Positions 18,207 through 27,222 of a stretch of DNA of 43,305 bases are shown here, piece by piece (position 1 is the stretch's first letter; each line of letters starts with the position of its first letter). Under the pieces are notes generated by a model, which saw nothing but the letters and a program-made list of their open reading frames with translations, did no database searches and had not been told where the DNA came from. Origin of the DNA: Chloroflexota bacterium. Lineage in GTDB: Bacteria; Chloroflexota; UBA4733. The stretch lies in assembly GCA_023489405.1 (NCBI GenBank), contig JAMDCW010000131.1:1-43305 (forward strand). The letters are read 5' to 3'. The position numbers were made by a program, and so were the translations under genes.

Positions 18207-19030
18207 TTTGGGCTTCCTCGATCATCGCTGACTAGTGGAAGATCGCCTGTGCCTATCTTCCTTCTATGGGAGAAGAGCACAGCCCGATAGACTGCGATAA
18301 ACTGGTACCAGGCCATCAATAGGCTCAGTACAAAGCCGAGATCACCATCACGCCAGCCTTCGAACTGCCAGTAGCGACGCCAGAACTCGCGAAGAGGCCG
18401 GGTGGCCAGCGCACGGACCCGGAGGGATTCACTTTGGGCGAGCTGGTGTGCATCGAGCTTGGCGTAATTCCACTGTTTCAGGATGAACTCTCGGATACTC
18501 CGGTAGTTATAGTGGAGGAGCGGTGTGTGGAGTCTATCACTAGGACCATTCAAGAGAAGCACTTCGTGGACTGGTCGCAAAGGGTCGTAGCGACCAGCAG
18601 AACGCTGGAAGAGGCGCAACTGGTAATCCGGATACCAACCTGCATGATGAACCTCGCGACCTAGGATAATATTGCGCCTAGGAACCCAGTACCCGGCAAT
18701 ACCGGATGGGCTACCCTTCAGCCGTTGCGCTATTTCACTGTGCAAGCTAGGAGAACATCGTTCGTCGGCATCAACAAAAAAGACCCACTCGCTGCTGACG
18801 AGCTCAAGAGCACTGTTCCGTTGCTCTGCAAAATTGCGAAAACGGTGCTGCTCTATTCTCAACGGAAGGTCGTGGGTTGCTGCCACTCGATATGCTTCTT
18901 CAATCGTGCGGTCTGTACTGAAGCTATCCAGCAGGAAGATATCCTCCGCTGACATCAACGACTGCAGGCAACCGGCGATATCCTGCTCTTCATTGAACGT
19001 GAGGATGATATAGCTGATCTTCGTTACCAT
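18203..19030 (-). CDS. Glycosyltransferase family 2 (short KdtX/WaaE-like type)
   Basis: ISYIILTFNEEQDIAGCLQSL, LDSFSTDRT and VFFVDADERCSP. I start the gene at ATG 19030 (MVTKISY), which sits in the context ATGGTAA with the upstream gene's TAA stop and so suggests translational coupling. Confidence 0.8.
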   Translation of the reverse strand: MVTKISYIILTFNEEQDIAGCLQSLMSAEDIFLLDSFSTDRTIEEAYRVAATHDLPLRIEQHRFRNFAEQRNSALELVSSEWVFFVDADERCSPSLHSEIAQRLKGSPSGIAGYWVPRRNIILGREVHHAGWYPDYQLRLFQRSAGRYDPLRPVHEVLLLNGPSDRLHTPLLHYNYRSIREFILKQWNYAKLDAHQLAQSESLRVRALATRPLREFWRRYWQFEGWRDGDLGFVLSLLMAWYQFIAVYRAVLFSHRRKIGTGDLPLVSDDRGSPK

Positions 19031-19965
19031 GGCAGTCCTGAAGGCCGTAGACACATGGCAGCTACTGCCATCCGTAGTCGGACTTTCCATTGCGCGGTAG
19101 TCAGGTGTCGCCGCATGCCCTGTTTCCACCAGAAAACTGCCTGGTAGAGCAAGCCGATGCGGGTGATGAATTCAAGGGTGACACGTTTTGAGCGCGGTAG
19201 CCACTTAGAGTAGAGTTTAAAGCGGCTACGTTGTAGTTCCAAGAACGTACGCTGCGTGGCGAGCTGTGAAGATCGTCCCCCGTAATGGATCACCTGAGCG
19301 GTAGGCGTGTACCACACTTCCCAGCCTAGGCGTCGAGCCCGTACGCACCAATCCTGCTCTTCACAGTACATCAAATAGCGCTCATCCAAGAGCCCAATAG
19401 CATCAAGAGCCTCTCGCCTGATCATTAGGCAGGCACCTATCACGGCATCTACAGGTCTTTCTAGCTCGTATGCTTCGCGAGCGTAGCGGCCCGAATGGGG
19501 AGTATCCGGATAGCGGAGGTCTCGGAGAAAATACTCCCAGGCAATGGAAGTGATCGACGGGTCTGCAAATGTTGAAAACTGAAGTGTCCCGTCACTATTC
19601 AGCAACTTCGGACCAGCGATGCCCGCTTCAGGATGGCGACTCAACGCTGCTATAAGGGCATCAAAAGAACCGGGGAGGGGTACGGTGTCGGGATTCAGCA
19701 AGACGATAAACTCGCTACGACATTTCTGCAATGCCCAATTATTTGCCCGCACAAAACCTATATTCTCGGTAAATTGGTGTAGATTAACCCAAGGGGCCTC
19801 TTGAGACACGCGAATAACCGTGTTATCCGCTGAAGCACTATCTACAACGAAGCATTCAAACTTTCGCGAGGTTGCTTTTGGTAAGGCATCAAGACACTGT
19901 GTTATCAGCGATTCGCTATTCCATGTTACTATCACTATTGAGAGAACTGGCTTATCCATACTCAT
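19024..19965 (-). CDS. Glycosyltransferase family 2 (WbbL-like; paralogue of 17244..18206)
   Basis: LSIVIVTWNSESLITQCLDAL...VVDSASADNT...NIGFVRANNWA...VLLNPDTV. Overlaps the stop of the upstream fusion gene by 4 nt. Confidence 0.82.
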   Translation of the reverse strand: MSMDKPVLSIVIVTWNSESLITQCLDALPKATSRKFECFVVDSASADNTVIRVSQEAPWVNLHQFTENIGFVRANNWALQKCRSEFIVLLNPDTVPLPGSFDALIAALSRHPEAGIAGPKLLNSDGTLQFSTFADPSITSIAWEYFLRDLRYPDTPHSGRYAREAYELERPVDAVIGACLMIRREALDAIGLLDERYLMYCEEQDWCVRARRLGWEVWYTPTAQVIHYGGRSSQLATQRTFLELQRSRFKLYSKWLPRSKRVTLEFITRIGLLYQAVFWWKQGMRRHLTTAQWKVRLRMAVAAMCLRPSGLPW

Positions 19966-22900
19966 AGGAGCGCCTCAATCGTACGGTAACTACGGTTCAG
20001 TAGATAGATTAGTTTTCCACACTCGTCATCCGTAAGTCCTCCAGAAGAAATAAACAGCAGAATGTAAACGATAACGCTAGCGGGTAGGGCAAATACTAAG
20101 GAATGACTACTTGTTAACACACCGGTAGTAATGCTACCAATGCTAGAAACAAGGGAAGGGATAGAAATACGCCTCCAAGGCAAGTATACACATATATGTC
20201 GTACACCATAGAGGAAAGGAATAAGTAGGACTACCTCTGATAAGACCGTTATTATTGCGGCAGCTTCTGAATGGAGCAAAGGAATGAATATTATATTGGC
20301 AATAATGTTAAAGGAAACTCCAATAATAAAAGAACTGGTAATATAACGCTCTTTCCCTAGAGAGATAAGTACATATTGAGTCAATCCATTTATATAGCTA
20401 AATATCAGGAAGAATATCAGAATTTGCAAGAGAAATGCTGAATATTCGAAACCAGGGTAAAATACTCGAATAATAGGGTAGGAAAAGACAATAAATATCG
20501 ATATCAAAAATAGCGCCGAAGCAGTCAATATCCGCATCAACCGACCGTAGAGGTATGTAAAATCGCTCAATGAGCTGGTGGCATAGCGCGACAGTAAAGG
20601 AAACGAAGCGCCCACTAGATATGATGAAATAAACCCACATCCATCAATAAACTTATAAGCAATGCTGTAATAACCAATCCCTGCTGCATTACCCCACAGA
20701 AAAGTTAGTAATACAATATCGATACGAAAGAATATGAGATTGAGGAGGTTATTCACCATAAATGTAAAAGATCCGATACTCATGTTCACAGTGTCAGGTA
20801 TATCAATAGCAAATATAAGAGACAGTTTAGCTCTATATAGCATAATGCTGAGTAGTATGGCAGAAAAAATATTGACCATAAAAGATGCCAATGCAAGACC
20901 GACGATATTCCAGCCTTTTATTAGGAAAAATGCACCAATGAGCACTCGTAGTAAATTGCTCGATACTTCGATGAATGCGGGAATCTCGAAATGCTCTAGA
21001 GCTTTTAGCATACTGCTCGCGGCAGCACTCACAGAACTCGGAAATAAGCCTATAACGAGAAGCCAGAGCGCTGTGGCAGTCATGACATCATAACGACCAG
21101 AGCGTACTGCTAAAGCCGTCAGAAGCCAAGTCACCGGGAGGGCAATCAGGGCTAGCATGAAGCGTGCGCCCAGGCTATTCCAGAAATAGCGCCGTGCTTG
21201 AGAGTGGTCACGAGCAACAGCACGCAGCACATAGGTGCTTAGACCAAAATCTTGAATGGTAGAGAGAATTCCAAAGATCGCCACGGCCTCTGCGTAGCGT
21301 CCGACACCGGCTGGCCCAATGAGCAGTGCGGTGAAAACGCTGAACCCGAAGTCCAATACCTTGTTAGCGAGGTTGCTAGCCATTGGGCTCATAGCATTCT
21401 TAGCAAGTCTTCTGCCGGGAAAGTCGCTCAAATGCCAGAACTCCTCCAGTGAGGGCCACATTTTCCAGACAAAGAGGAGAAGGAGAGCAACAAAGCTAAT
21501 GATACTGAGCATAAGTCCCAACCGAAAAGATGCCGGCTGATAGCGAAACTCCACGATAAAATGCCCAGCGGGCAGCACTACCCCTCGGAAGGCCTCATCT
21601 GCCGGCACGATCTTCGCTTGGGTCCAAGGGCCAGCTTCATGTACCGGGCGATAGCGGACGGTCCAGCCAGGATAGTACGTGTCTGACAAGACGAGCGCGG
21701 ATGTTCCAGTGGTTTGAACGTCCAGTGTTATCCGCGACGACTGATACGATTGTATTTCTGCTGTGCCGGTTCCATCGAGGTGGATTGGCGCATCATCCTC
21801 CAAGACAGCCTCATGGGCTGGATCGAACGCCGGCTGACTGAGTAGGGCCAGCGCTTGCGATTGGCGATGCACTGTAACCGCCCGGCCAACGACAAAGGCA
21901 CGGGGTAATGTCGAGGTCATACGATAGACATTAATTGGCCCAGAAAGCACTTGATCGAGATTAGGGGCCTGGAGCGCATCTACCGATAGTACATACTTTA
22001 CGTTGAGTAATCGCAGCAAGGGTGATTGTAGCGTAGCTTTATCAACAAGAGTTTTTGTCGTTTGACTATAAAGATTTAAGTTTGCCATCTGGGGTTCGAT
22101 GAGATTGAGGAGCCGCGCATATCTTCGAAGAACGATGGTGTCATATCCTCGAATATCTTGGAGACCAAAGATCATCGCCGTATTTGGCGCAAGAATATCC
22201 TGAGGACCGAATGATGCAATCCGAAATGGGCTGTTGGCCTTCTCTTGACTGATCAAATAACGAATACTTGGAGGTATTTCTTGGTTGTTTTGTATGGTAG
22301 CGTACGCACCACCAACAATAGAGAGAAGACTGGGATTTACTTGTGAGTTAAAGCCCCCAGTAGCAGCAACTAAATCAGCGTAAGTCAGCCCAATAAGGGC
22401 AACAGCAGCAGAAAAACGTAAATAGCGGTGATTTGCTAAAAATACTAGAATACACAATAAAATAGCACAGCACGTTAAGAAGAATACAGCAACCACGATA
22501 TGAGGCCAAACTAAAGAAAACCATTCACGTCCGCCATGAAGCTGATTTGCCAGAAACCACTGATTCTTTGGCTTTGATGCGTCACGCTGTAAAATTTCAG
22601 TAAGGAAAGTTGCAATTCTTGATCGATATATAAAACTGATGACAACACCTAGAATAGTACCTACTGCACATAGCCCAACTAGTATTACGTGAAAATTAGT
22701 CAAGTGACGAACTATGTGATCGAATCGGTGCTGGAATATACTATTCAGACCAATCCCTGATAAAACAGCAATACTAAATGAGTACACATAAACCCAACGG
22801 AATGCGGTGTGAATCTGTGTAAAGCCGGGAACAAGTCGAAATAATATTGCATACAAAGGACTGCCAAATGCTAATAACAAACTTATGACTACTAGTACAG

Positions 22901-24146
22901 CAAAAAAGTATGAGATCCGATTGCGCCGTATCATCACACCGAGCGGAGCAAGAGCAAGAGGGATAATACCAACATAGCTTGCAGCTTCCACATAGTTTTT
23001 GATACCCCAAAATGCGGTATCCGGTGGCCAGGAGGATCGACCATCGACACCTAAACCGGGCTGGCGAATGTGGAACGAGAACAGATCAACATAATGGTGA
23101 ACCGTAGGATTACCAAAAAAATCCGGAATGATAAATGTCACCAGTTGTCGAAGAGGAAGCGCCCATCCTCGAACATCTGCCAGAGTGACTGAATTGGCAC
23201 GGAAGTTCCGGCTAATCTCCTCAGCAAAAGGCAAAAGCTGCACAGCACTCAGACCGACTCCCAAAATGCCCATCGTCAGCAGCCAGGCAGCAGTAGAAGT
23301 CACTTGTCTCCACGATAAGCGCTGGAGAACTATGCGAAGGAGATGCCAGAGGCAGTAAACGCTCGTAGTGGAGAGCACGTAGAAGGTGATCTCAAGATGC
23401 CCCGCGAGAACCTCCAACCCAATGGCGAGAGCTCCAAGCACAACTCCACTGATCACCAATACAGGTCGGTGTTGTTCTCTGGCAGGTTCTCTCACGCCGA
23501 GGCCACGCATAGTGAGTTCGACACATGCCAGGATGGCTGGTAGCCAGACCATTGCTCCGATCATCTGTGGCCATAAGACACTCGTAAGGAGACTGGAGCA
23601 CAAGCTGAACACGACTCCTGTCAGAACCGCACCCAGACGACCTTCACCGACGCTTCTCAAGTACAAGTAGGCAAATACAGCCGCCAATCCTAACTGAGAG
23701 ACGGTGTAGAAGCTATAGGCGTACGCAATGGGCATAATGACAAACCATAAAACAAAGGGATAGAGCACCTGGTACTGCCCAGCAGCCAGGAACGGTGCGC
23801 CGCCCAGCATGTCAGGGTTCCACAATGGGAGATGGCCGCGTAGCAATTCCTGAACGAGAAATCGCTTCCAACCAAGATTCTGAATAATCATGTCGCTAAT
23901 AAGTGCGTTATGAGGAGTCTGAAAGCCTGGCAGTATCGCTTGGGCTTGAGCTGCCCAAGGTTGCATCAGCAATAGATTATCGATCGGGAGCAGGATACGT
24001 TGACCAAGAAGCGATGGGAAAAAGACCAGGGCAGGTCCCAACAGGAGCATTGCGCAGATGAAAAACTCAATTCTCCTGGCTGAGCGTGAAGCCGTAGATG
24101 GAGAAGCTGGATGAGCAGTTATGGAGTCAGCTAGGATTGCTGTCAC
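19962..24146 (-). CDS. Single-ORF fusion of an N-terminal YfhO-family GT-C membrane glycosyltransferase (about aa 1-885) and a C-terminal Wzx/MOP-type polysaccharide flippase (about aa 890-1394)
   Basis: The 1394-aa ORF is uninterrupted. The N-terminal part carries YfhO hallmarks (LRGHLPLWNPDMLGGAPFLAAGQYQVLYP). It ends with the typical YfhO C-terminus YYPGWTVRY...FRGVVLPAGHFIVEFRYQPASFRLGLMLSIISF plus a final TM. The C-terminal part starts like Wzx/polysaccharide-biosynthesis proteins (LAKNAMSPMASNLANKVLDFGFSVFTALLIGPAGVGRYAEAVAIFG), followed by about 12 TM segments. Confidence 0.75.
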   Translation of the reverse strand: MTAILADSITAHPASPSTASRSARRIEFFICAMLLLGPALVFFPSLLGQRILLPIDNLLLMQPWAAQAQAILPGFQTPHNALISDMIIQNLGWKRFLVQELLRGHLPLWNPDMLGGAPFLAAGQYQVLYPFVLWFVIMPIAYAYSFYTVSQLGLAAVFAYLYLRSVGEGRLGAVLTGVVFSLCSSLLTSVLWPQMIGAMVWLPAILACVELTMRGLGVREPAREQHRPVLVISGVVLGALAIGLEVLAGHLEITFYVLSTTSVYCLWHLLRIVLQRLSWRQVTSTAAWLLTMGILGVGLSAVQLLPFAEEISRNFRANSVTLADVRGWALPLRQLVTFIIPDFFGNPTVHHYVDLFSFHIRQPGLGVDGRSSWPPDTAFWGIKNYVEAASYVGIIPLALAPLGVMIRRNRISYFFAVLVVISLLLAFGSPLYAILFRLVPGFTQIHTAFRWVYVYSFSIAVLSGIGLNSIFQHRFDHIVRHLTNFHVILVGLCAVGTILGVVISFIYRSRIATFLTEILQRDASKPKNQWFLANQLHGGREWFSLVWPHIVVAVFFLTCCAILLCILVFLANHRYLRFSAAVALIGLTYADLVAATGGFNSQVNPSLLSIVGGAYATIQNNQEIPPSIRYLISQEKANSPFRIASFGPQDILAPNTAMIFGLQDIRGYDTIVLRRYARLLNLIEPQMANLNLYSQTTKTLVDKATLQSPLLRLLNVKYVLSVDALQAPNLDQVLSGPINVYRMTSTLPRAFVVGRAVTVHRQSQALALLSQPAFDPAHEAVLEDDAPIHLDGTGTAEIQSYQSSRITLDVQTTGTSALVLSDTYYPGWTVRYRPVHEAGPWTQAKIVPADEAFRGVVLPAGHFIVEFRYQPASFRLGLMLSIISFVALLLLFVWKMWPSLEEFWHLSDFPGRRLAKNAMSPMASNLANKVLDFGFSVFTALLIGPAGVGRYAEAVAIFGILSTIQDFGLSTYVLRAVARDHSQARRYFWNSLGARFMLALIALPVTWLLTALAVRSGRYDVMTATALWLLVIGLFPSSVSAAASSMLKALEHFEIPAFIEVSSNLLRVLIGAFFLIKGWNIVGLALASFMVNIFSAILLSIMLYRAKLSLIFAIDIPDTVNMSIGSFTFMVNNLLNLIFFRIDIVLLTFLWGNAAGIGYYSIAYKFIDGCGFISSYLVGASFPLLSRYATSSLSDFTYLYGRLMRILTASALFLISIFIVFSYPIIRVFYPGFEYSAFLLQILIFFLIFSYINGLTQYVLISLGKERYITSSFIIGVSFNIIANIIFIPLLHSEAAAIITVLSEVVLLIPFLYGVRHICVYLPWRRISIPSLVSSIGSITTGVLTSSHSLVFALPASVIVYILLFISSGGLTDDECGKLIYLLNRSYRTIEALL

Positions 24147-24312
24147 GTCTCATACCCCGCTCCTTAAATCCCTTGGTGTCGAGATTAGTTAGATGCACAG
24201 TGATATTGATGTCCAAAGCCAACCGGCGAGAAGTATACGAGCCAGTGGCTTCTGGCTTGAAAACAGCGAGTCCCCGGTAGCAGTTATCATTCTGACCTCA
24301 TCCAACAGCACT

Positions 24313-25491
24313 CTAGCCACTCCGGTAACGTTTGCGCAGCAAAGTCATCAGTCGCTCACGCTCATCGGCGTACGATTCTCTATCGGTTTTCCCTAAGCTA
24401 TACGCATCATCAAGCTCGGCTATGCGTGCAATGAGCGTATCTACGGAGTTTGGAGGGTTATCTATCTGCCTACGCGAACGCAGAAATACATAGAGGATAG
24501 GTGCTAAGACCGCGACGATGACAACGGTTATTTCAGCGATAGTCTGCACATGTCGCTCAATAAAGACCGTGACCCGTTGTAGCAGTGTAGCTTTCGGTAA
24601 GCCTGTCAAATGTACAGAGATAGTACCACCTGACGGCAGAGAGCCTCTTGAGAGAACATCAAACTGTTTGCCGCCAAGTGCGACAGTACCATCAGGATGG
24701 AAACCGAGAGAGCTAACCTTCACAGAAGAGGGAGAATAAAGTACTTGAGCAGCCGAGATAGGATAGACAAAATGAAGAGGAATATCCATATCAGAACCAT
24801 TGTAAGGGATGCGAAAAGAGTAAGAAACAGTCGTATTACCAGGAAGAACGGGAGCGGTACTGGCAATCCCTCCGCTAGCTCGAATAACTTGATTAACACC
24901 TAATCCCGATTGCAGACCAACGTCATCGACCCCTAATGGAAGAGGAAGCAGGATGAGATTCTTAGATTGTCCACTAGAGGATTGTGTGGGAATAAACGTC
25001 TCTTCAGTAGGATTATGAAACCTCAATAGCAACAAGAAACTTACATGCTGAGTATCCTGCCGAAATCCCCCAAAAACGAGGGTTACTGTACTTAACAAAA
25101 GATGCGGTTGTTTCTTAGTCGCATTGTAGACAGTAATTTTGCTATGGACAGGTGAATTATTAGTGGGGAGACGGATAGGGGCACTATTATAATCAATACC
25201 TTGATATATAACCTGGGAAAACACTACAATAGAACCACTAACCGGCACTCCTACAAATGAAAATCTCCCTTGATTATCCGTTTGAACTGTAGCTAATACC
25301 TTCTCGGCGGTCCCTTGAACTACCATGAGATGCACAGAAATCCGAGGAACACGAGAGCCAAGAGTACCATTGACTACTATTCCATCAACGCCGACGGTCA
25401 GCTCAGATGCTACCGCTAGACGATATGACAATACCAGGCCAACGATCAGCATGATTGTCATCGAGAAATAGAAGAATAGATAACGTCTCAC
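24313..25491 (-). CDS. Bitopic/anchored envelope protein: N-terminal TM, carboxypeptidase-regulatory-like Ig domain, second beta-rich domain, C-terminal TM, and a short cytoplasmic CcmI-like helix
   Basis: The N-terminal anchor is MTIMLIVGLVLSY. A CarboxypepD_reg-like segment reads VHLMVVQGTAEKVLATVQTDNQGRFSFVGVPVSG. The C-terminal TM is IAEITVVIVAVLAPILYVFL, followed by IARIAELDDAYSLGKTDRESYADERERLMTLL. The gene is 13 nt downstream of ccmD on the same strand. Confidence 0.6.
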   Translation of the reverse strand: MRRYLFFYFSMTIMLIVGLVLSYRLAVASELTVGVDGIVVNGTLGSRVPRISVHLMVVQGTAEKVLATVQTDNQGRFSFVGVPVSGSIVVFSQVIYQGIDYNSAPIRLPTNNSPVHSKITVYNATKKQPHLLLSTVTLVFGGFRQDTQHVSFLLLLRFHNPTEETFIPTQSSSGQSKNLILLPLPLGVDDVGLQSGLGVNQVIRASGGIASTAPVLPGNTTVSYSFRIPYNGSDMDIPLHFVYPISAAQVLYSPSSVKVSSLGFHPDGTVALGGKQFDVLSRGSLPSGGTISVHLTGLPKATLLQRVTVFIERHVQTIAEITVVIVAVLAPILYVFLRSRRQIDNPPNSVDTLIARIAELDDAYSLGKTDRESYADERERLMTLLRKRYRSG

Positions 25492-25504
25492 ACCTTAGCC
25501 GTCA

Positions 25505-25705
25505 TTATAGCTGGATGTTCTGTGGCTGACTAGCCGATCCTGCTGGATCTCCAGGAGACTGACTTTCAACTTCCTGTAATTTCCGGTGTAGTTCCGCAGC
25601 TTCCTGCCTAACTGACCGTATGACTCCATTAATCCAATAGAGATAGATAAAGAGAGCGATCCACAAGACTAAATAGGCGGCAACTAAATACCATAGGTTT
25701 GTCAT
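25505..25705 (-). CDS. ccmD: Heme exporter protein D (CcmD-like small single-TM protein)
   Basis: 66 aa with N-terminus MTNLWYLVAAYLVLWIALFIYLYWI followed by a charged tail. It sits immediately after ccmC, which is the usual position. Confidence 0.7.
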   Translation of the reverse strand: MTNLWYLVAAYLVLWIALFIYLYWINGVIRSVRQEAAELHRKLQEVESQSPGDPAGSASQPQNIQL

Positions 25706-25711
25706 GGTTAC

Positions 25712-26473
25712 TCATTCTAGTTCTTCAGCCCGCTGTCGCAGTTCTCTCAAGTCATCGCGTACCGTCTCCAAACGGAGACGCTGAACAAACAACGCTACAC
25801 CAAGAATGGTAAACGCAAACACCGACACCAGCAGCGCTATAAGCATCGATGGAGCCAAATGGCCGGGAGCCAACACATCGGCTTGAGGATGAAGCGTTCG
25901 CCACCAGGATACTGAAAACTGTACGATTGGCACATCGATGAACGTAATGATGCCGACGATGGCGGCATAGCGCGGAGCACGTCCTTCATCGGCGGTGTAA
26001 GCACGCAAGAGCAGGTAAGCGAGATCCATAAACCAAAGGACGAGTGTCGTTGTCAAACGGGCATCCCATGTCCACCATACTCCCCAGACAGGACGCCCCC
26101 AGATCGACCCCGTAATTAATACGATAGTGGTAAACAATAGACCTATCTCAGCAGCAATGCGAGCGACACGATCCCATACTGGCCGGCCACGCCATAGATA
26201 GAGGACGCTCGCTACGAAAAGTACAAAGAAAGCAGCATACGCATTCCACGCCGTACCGACATGGACATAGAAGATGCGGAATACATTCCCTTCAACCGCA
26301 TCCTTCGGTGTCACCAAGAGCCCCAAGATCAGGGTCAACAAAATTCCTACGGCGCTCATCAGCGTGAGCAGGCCCCCCACGATGTATGCTAATGAACTGG
26401 AATGAGCACTTTTTAAATGTACTGCAGACTGCACGCTCACTGGGCCTCCTTTACAACCTCCACTGATGATCAT
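25712..26473 (-). CDS. ccmC: Heme exporter protein C
   Basis: WWD domain WGRPVWGVWWTWDARLTTTLVLW, the flanking conserved His (YVHVGTAW) and a 6-TM layout. There is an ATGA start/stop overlap with ccmB. Confidence 0.9.
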   Translation of the reverse strand: MIISGGCKGGPVSVQSAVHLKSAHSSSLAYIVGGLLTLMSAVGILLTLILGLLVTPKDAVEGNVFRIFYVHVGTAWNAYAAFFVLFVASVLYLWRGRPVWDRVARIAAEIGLLFTTIVLITGSIWGRPVWGVWWTWDARLTTTLVLWFMDLAYLLLRAYTADEGRAPRYAAIVGIITFIDVPIVQFSVSWWRTLHPQADVLAPGHLAPSMLIALLVSVFAFTILGVALFVQRLRLETVRDDLRELRQRAEELE

Positions 26474-27222
26474 CTATCAAAAACGTTGTCCGCTACAGCT
26501 AATGTAATAAAGAAAAACAGCCCGGTATACGCACATGCGAGTTGTAACCATGGGTGGCTGAGTGCGGGTGGCTGAGCCACGAGTGATTGGCTCACCTCTT
26601 CAACGGAAGCGATGATTAAAGGCACGCTGATAGGCAACAACAACAGAGGTAATAGGAGCTCTCGGGCTCGGGCTTCAGCGCTCAGCGCACTAAAAAGAGT
26701 ACCGAGCGTACTAAATCCCAACGTTCCAACGAAGAAGCTCGCGAGAATGAGAGGCTTCCAGAGAGGTGCGTTAAAGAGCAAAGCACCAATCGGTAAAACT
26801 ATCAACTCCATTGCACACATGAGGATGACATTGATCCCCACCTTTGCGAAGAGCAAGGCCGAACGGTTCACGGGACTCACAAGCAGGCCTTCAAGTTCAC
26901 CACGATCACCAGCAACAGGGAAAGCTCGCTGAAAACCGAGCATGCCACCGAAGATGATGGCAGTCCACAGCACGCCGCTCAAGACATCGCCTGGAGGATT
27001 GGGATGGAGATCAAAAGCAAAACTAAAGATGAGAACGATGAGGAGAGAGAACACCACCATGGTTACCGGTGTTTCACGCCCTCGCCAAGCACTACGGATC
27101 TCAGCTTGCAAAAGTGCCCACCACTGTTGCAGAGCAGCGCCAGCGATCATCTGGGTGGAGAGTGCGGGAGGAGAATCAACGTGCGAGGTTGCCACGAGAG
27201 CTTCTCTCATATGCTGATTCAA
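26470..27222 (-). CDS. ccmB: Heme exporter protein B (ABC permease)
   Basis: A 6-TM protein positioned between ccmA and ccmC with a CcmB-like sequence (FSFAFD...GVLWTAIIFGGMLGFQRAF...ELEGLLVSP). The start is uncertain: 27222, 27210 or 27150. Confidence 0.8.
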   Translation of the reverse strand: MNQHMREALVATSHVDSPPALSTQMIAGAALQQWWALLQAEIRSAWRGRETPVTMVVFSLLIVLIFSFAFDLHPNPPGDVLSGVLWTAIIFGGMLGFQRAFPVAGDRGELEGLLVSPVNRSALLFAKVGINVILMCAMELIVLPIGALLFNAPLWKPLILASFFVGTLGFSTLGTLFSALSAEARARELLLPLLLLPISVPLIIASVEEVSQSLVAQPPALSHPWLQLACAYTGLFFFITLAVADNVFDR

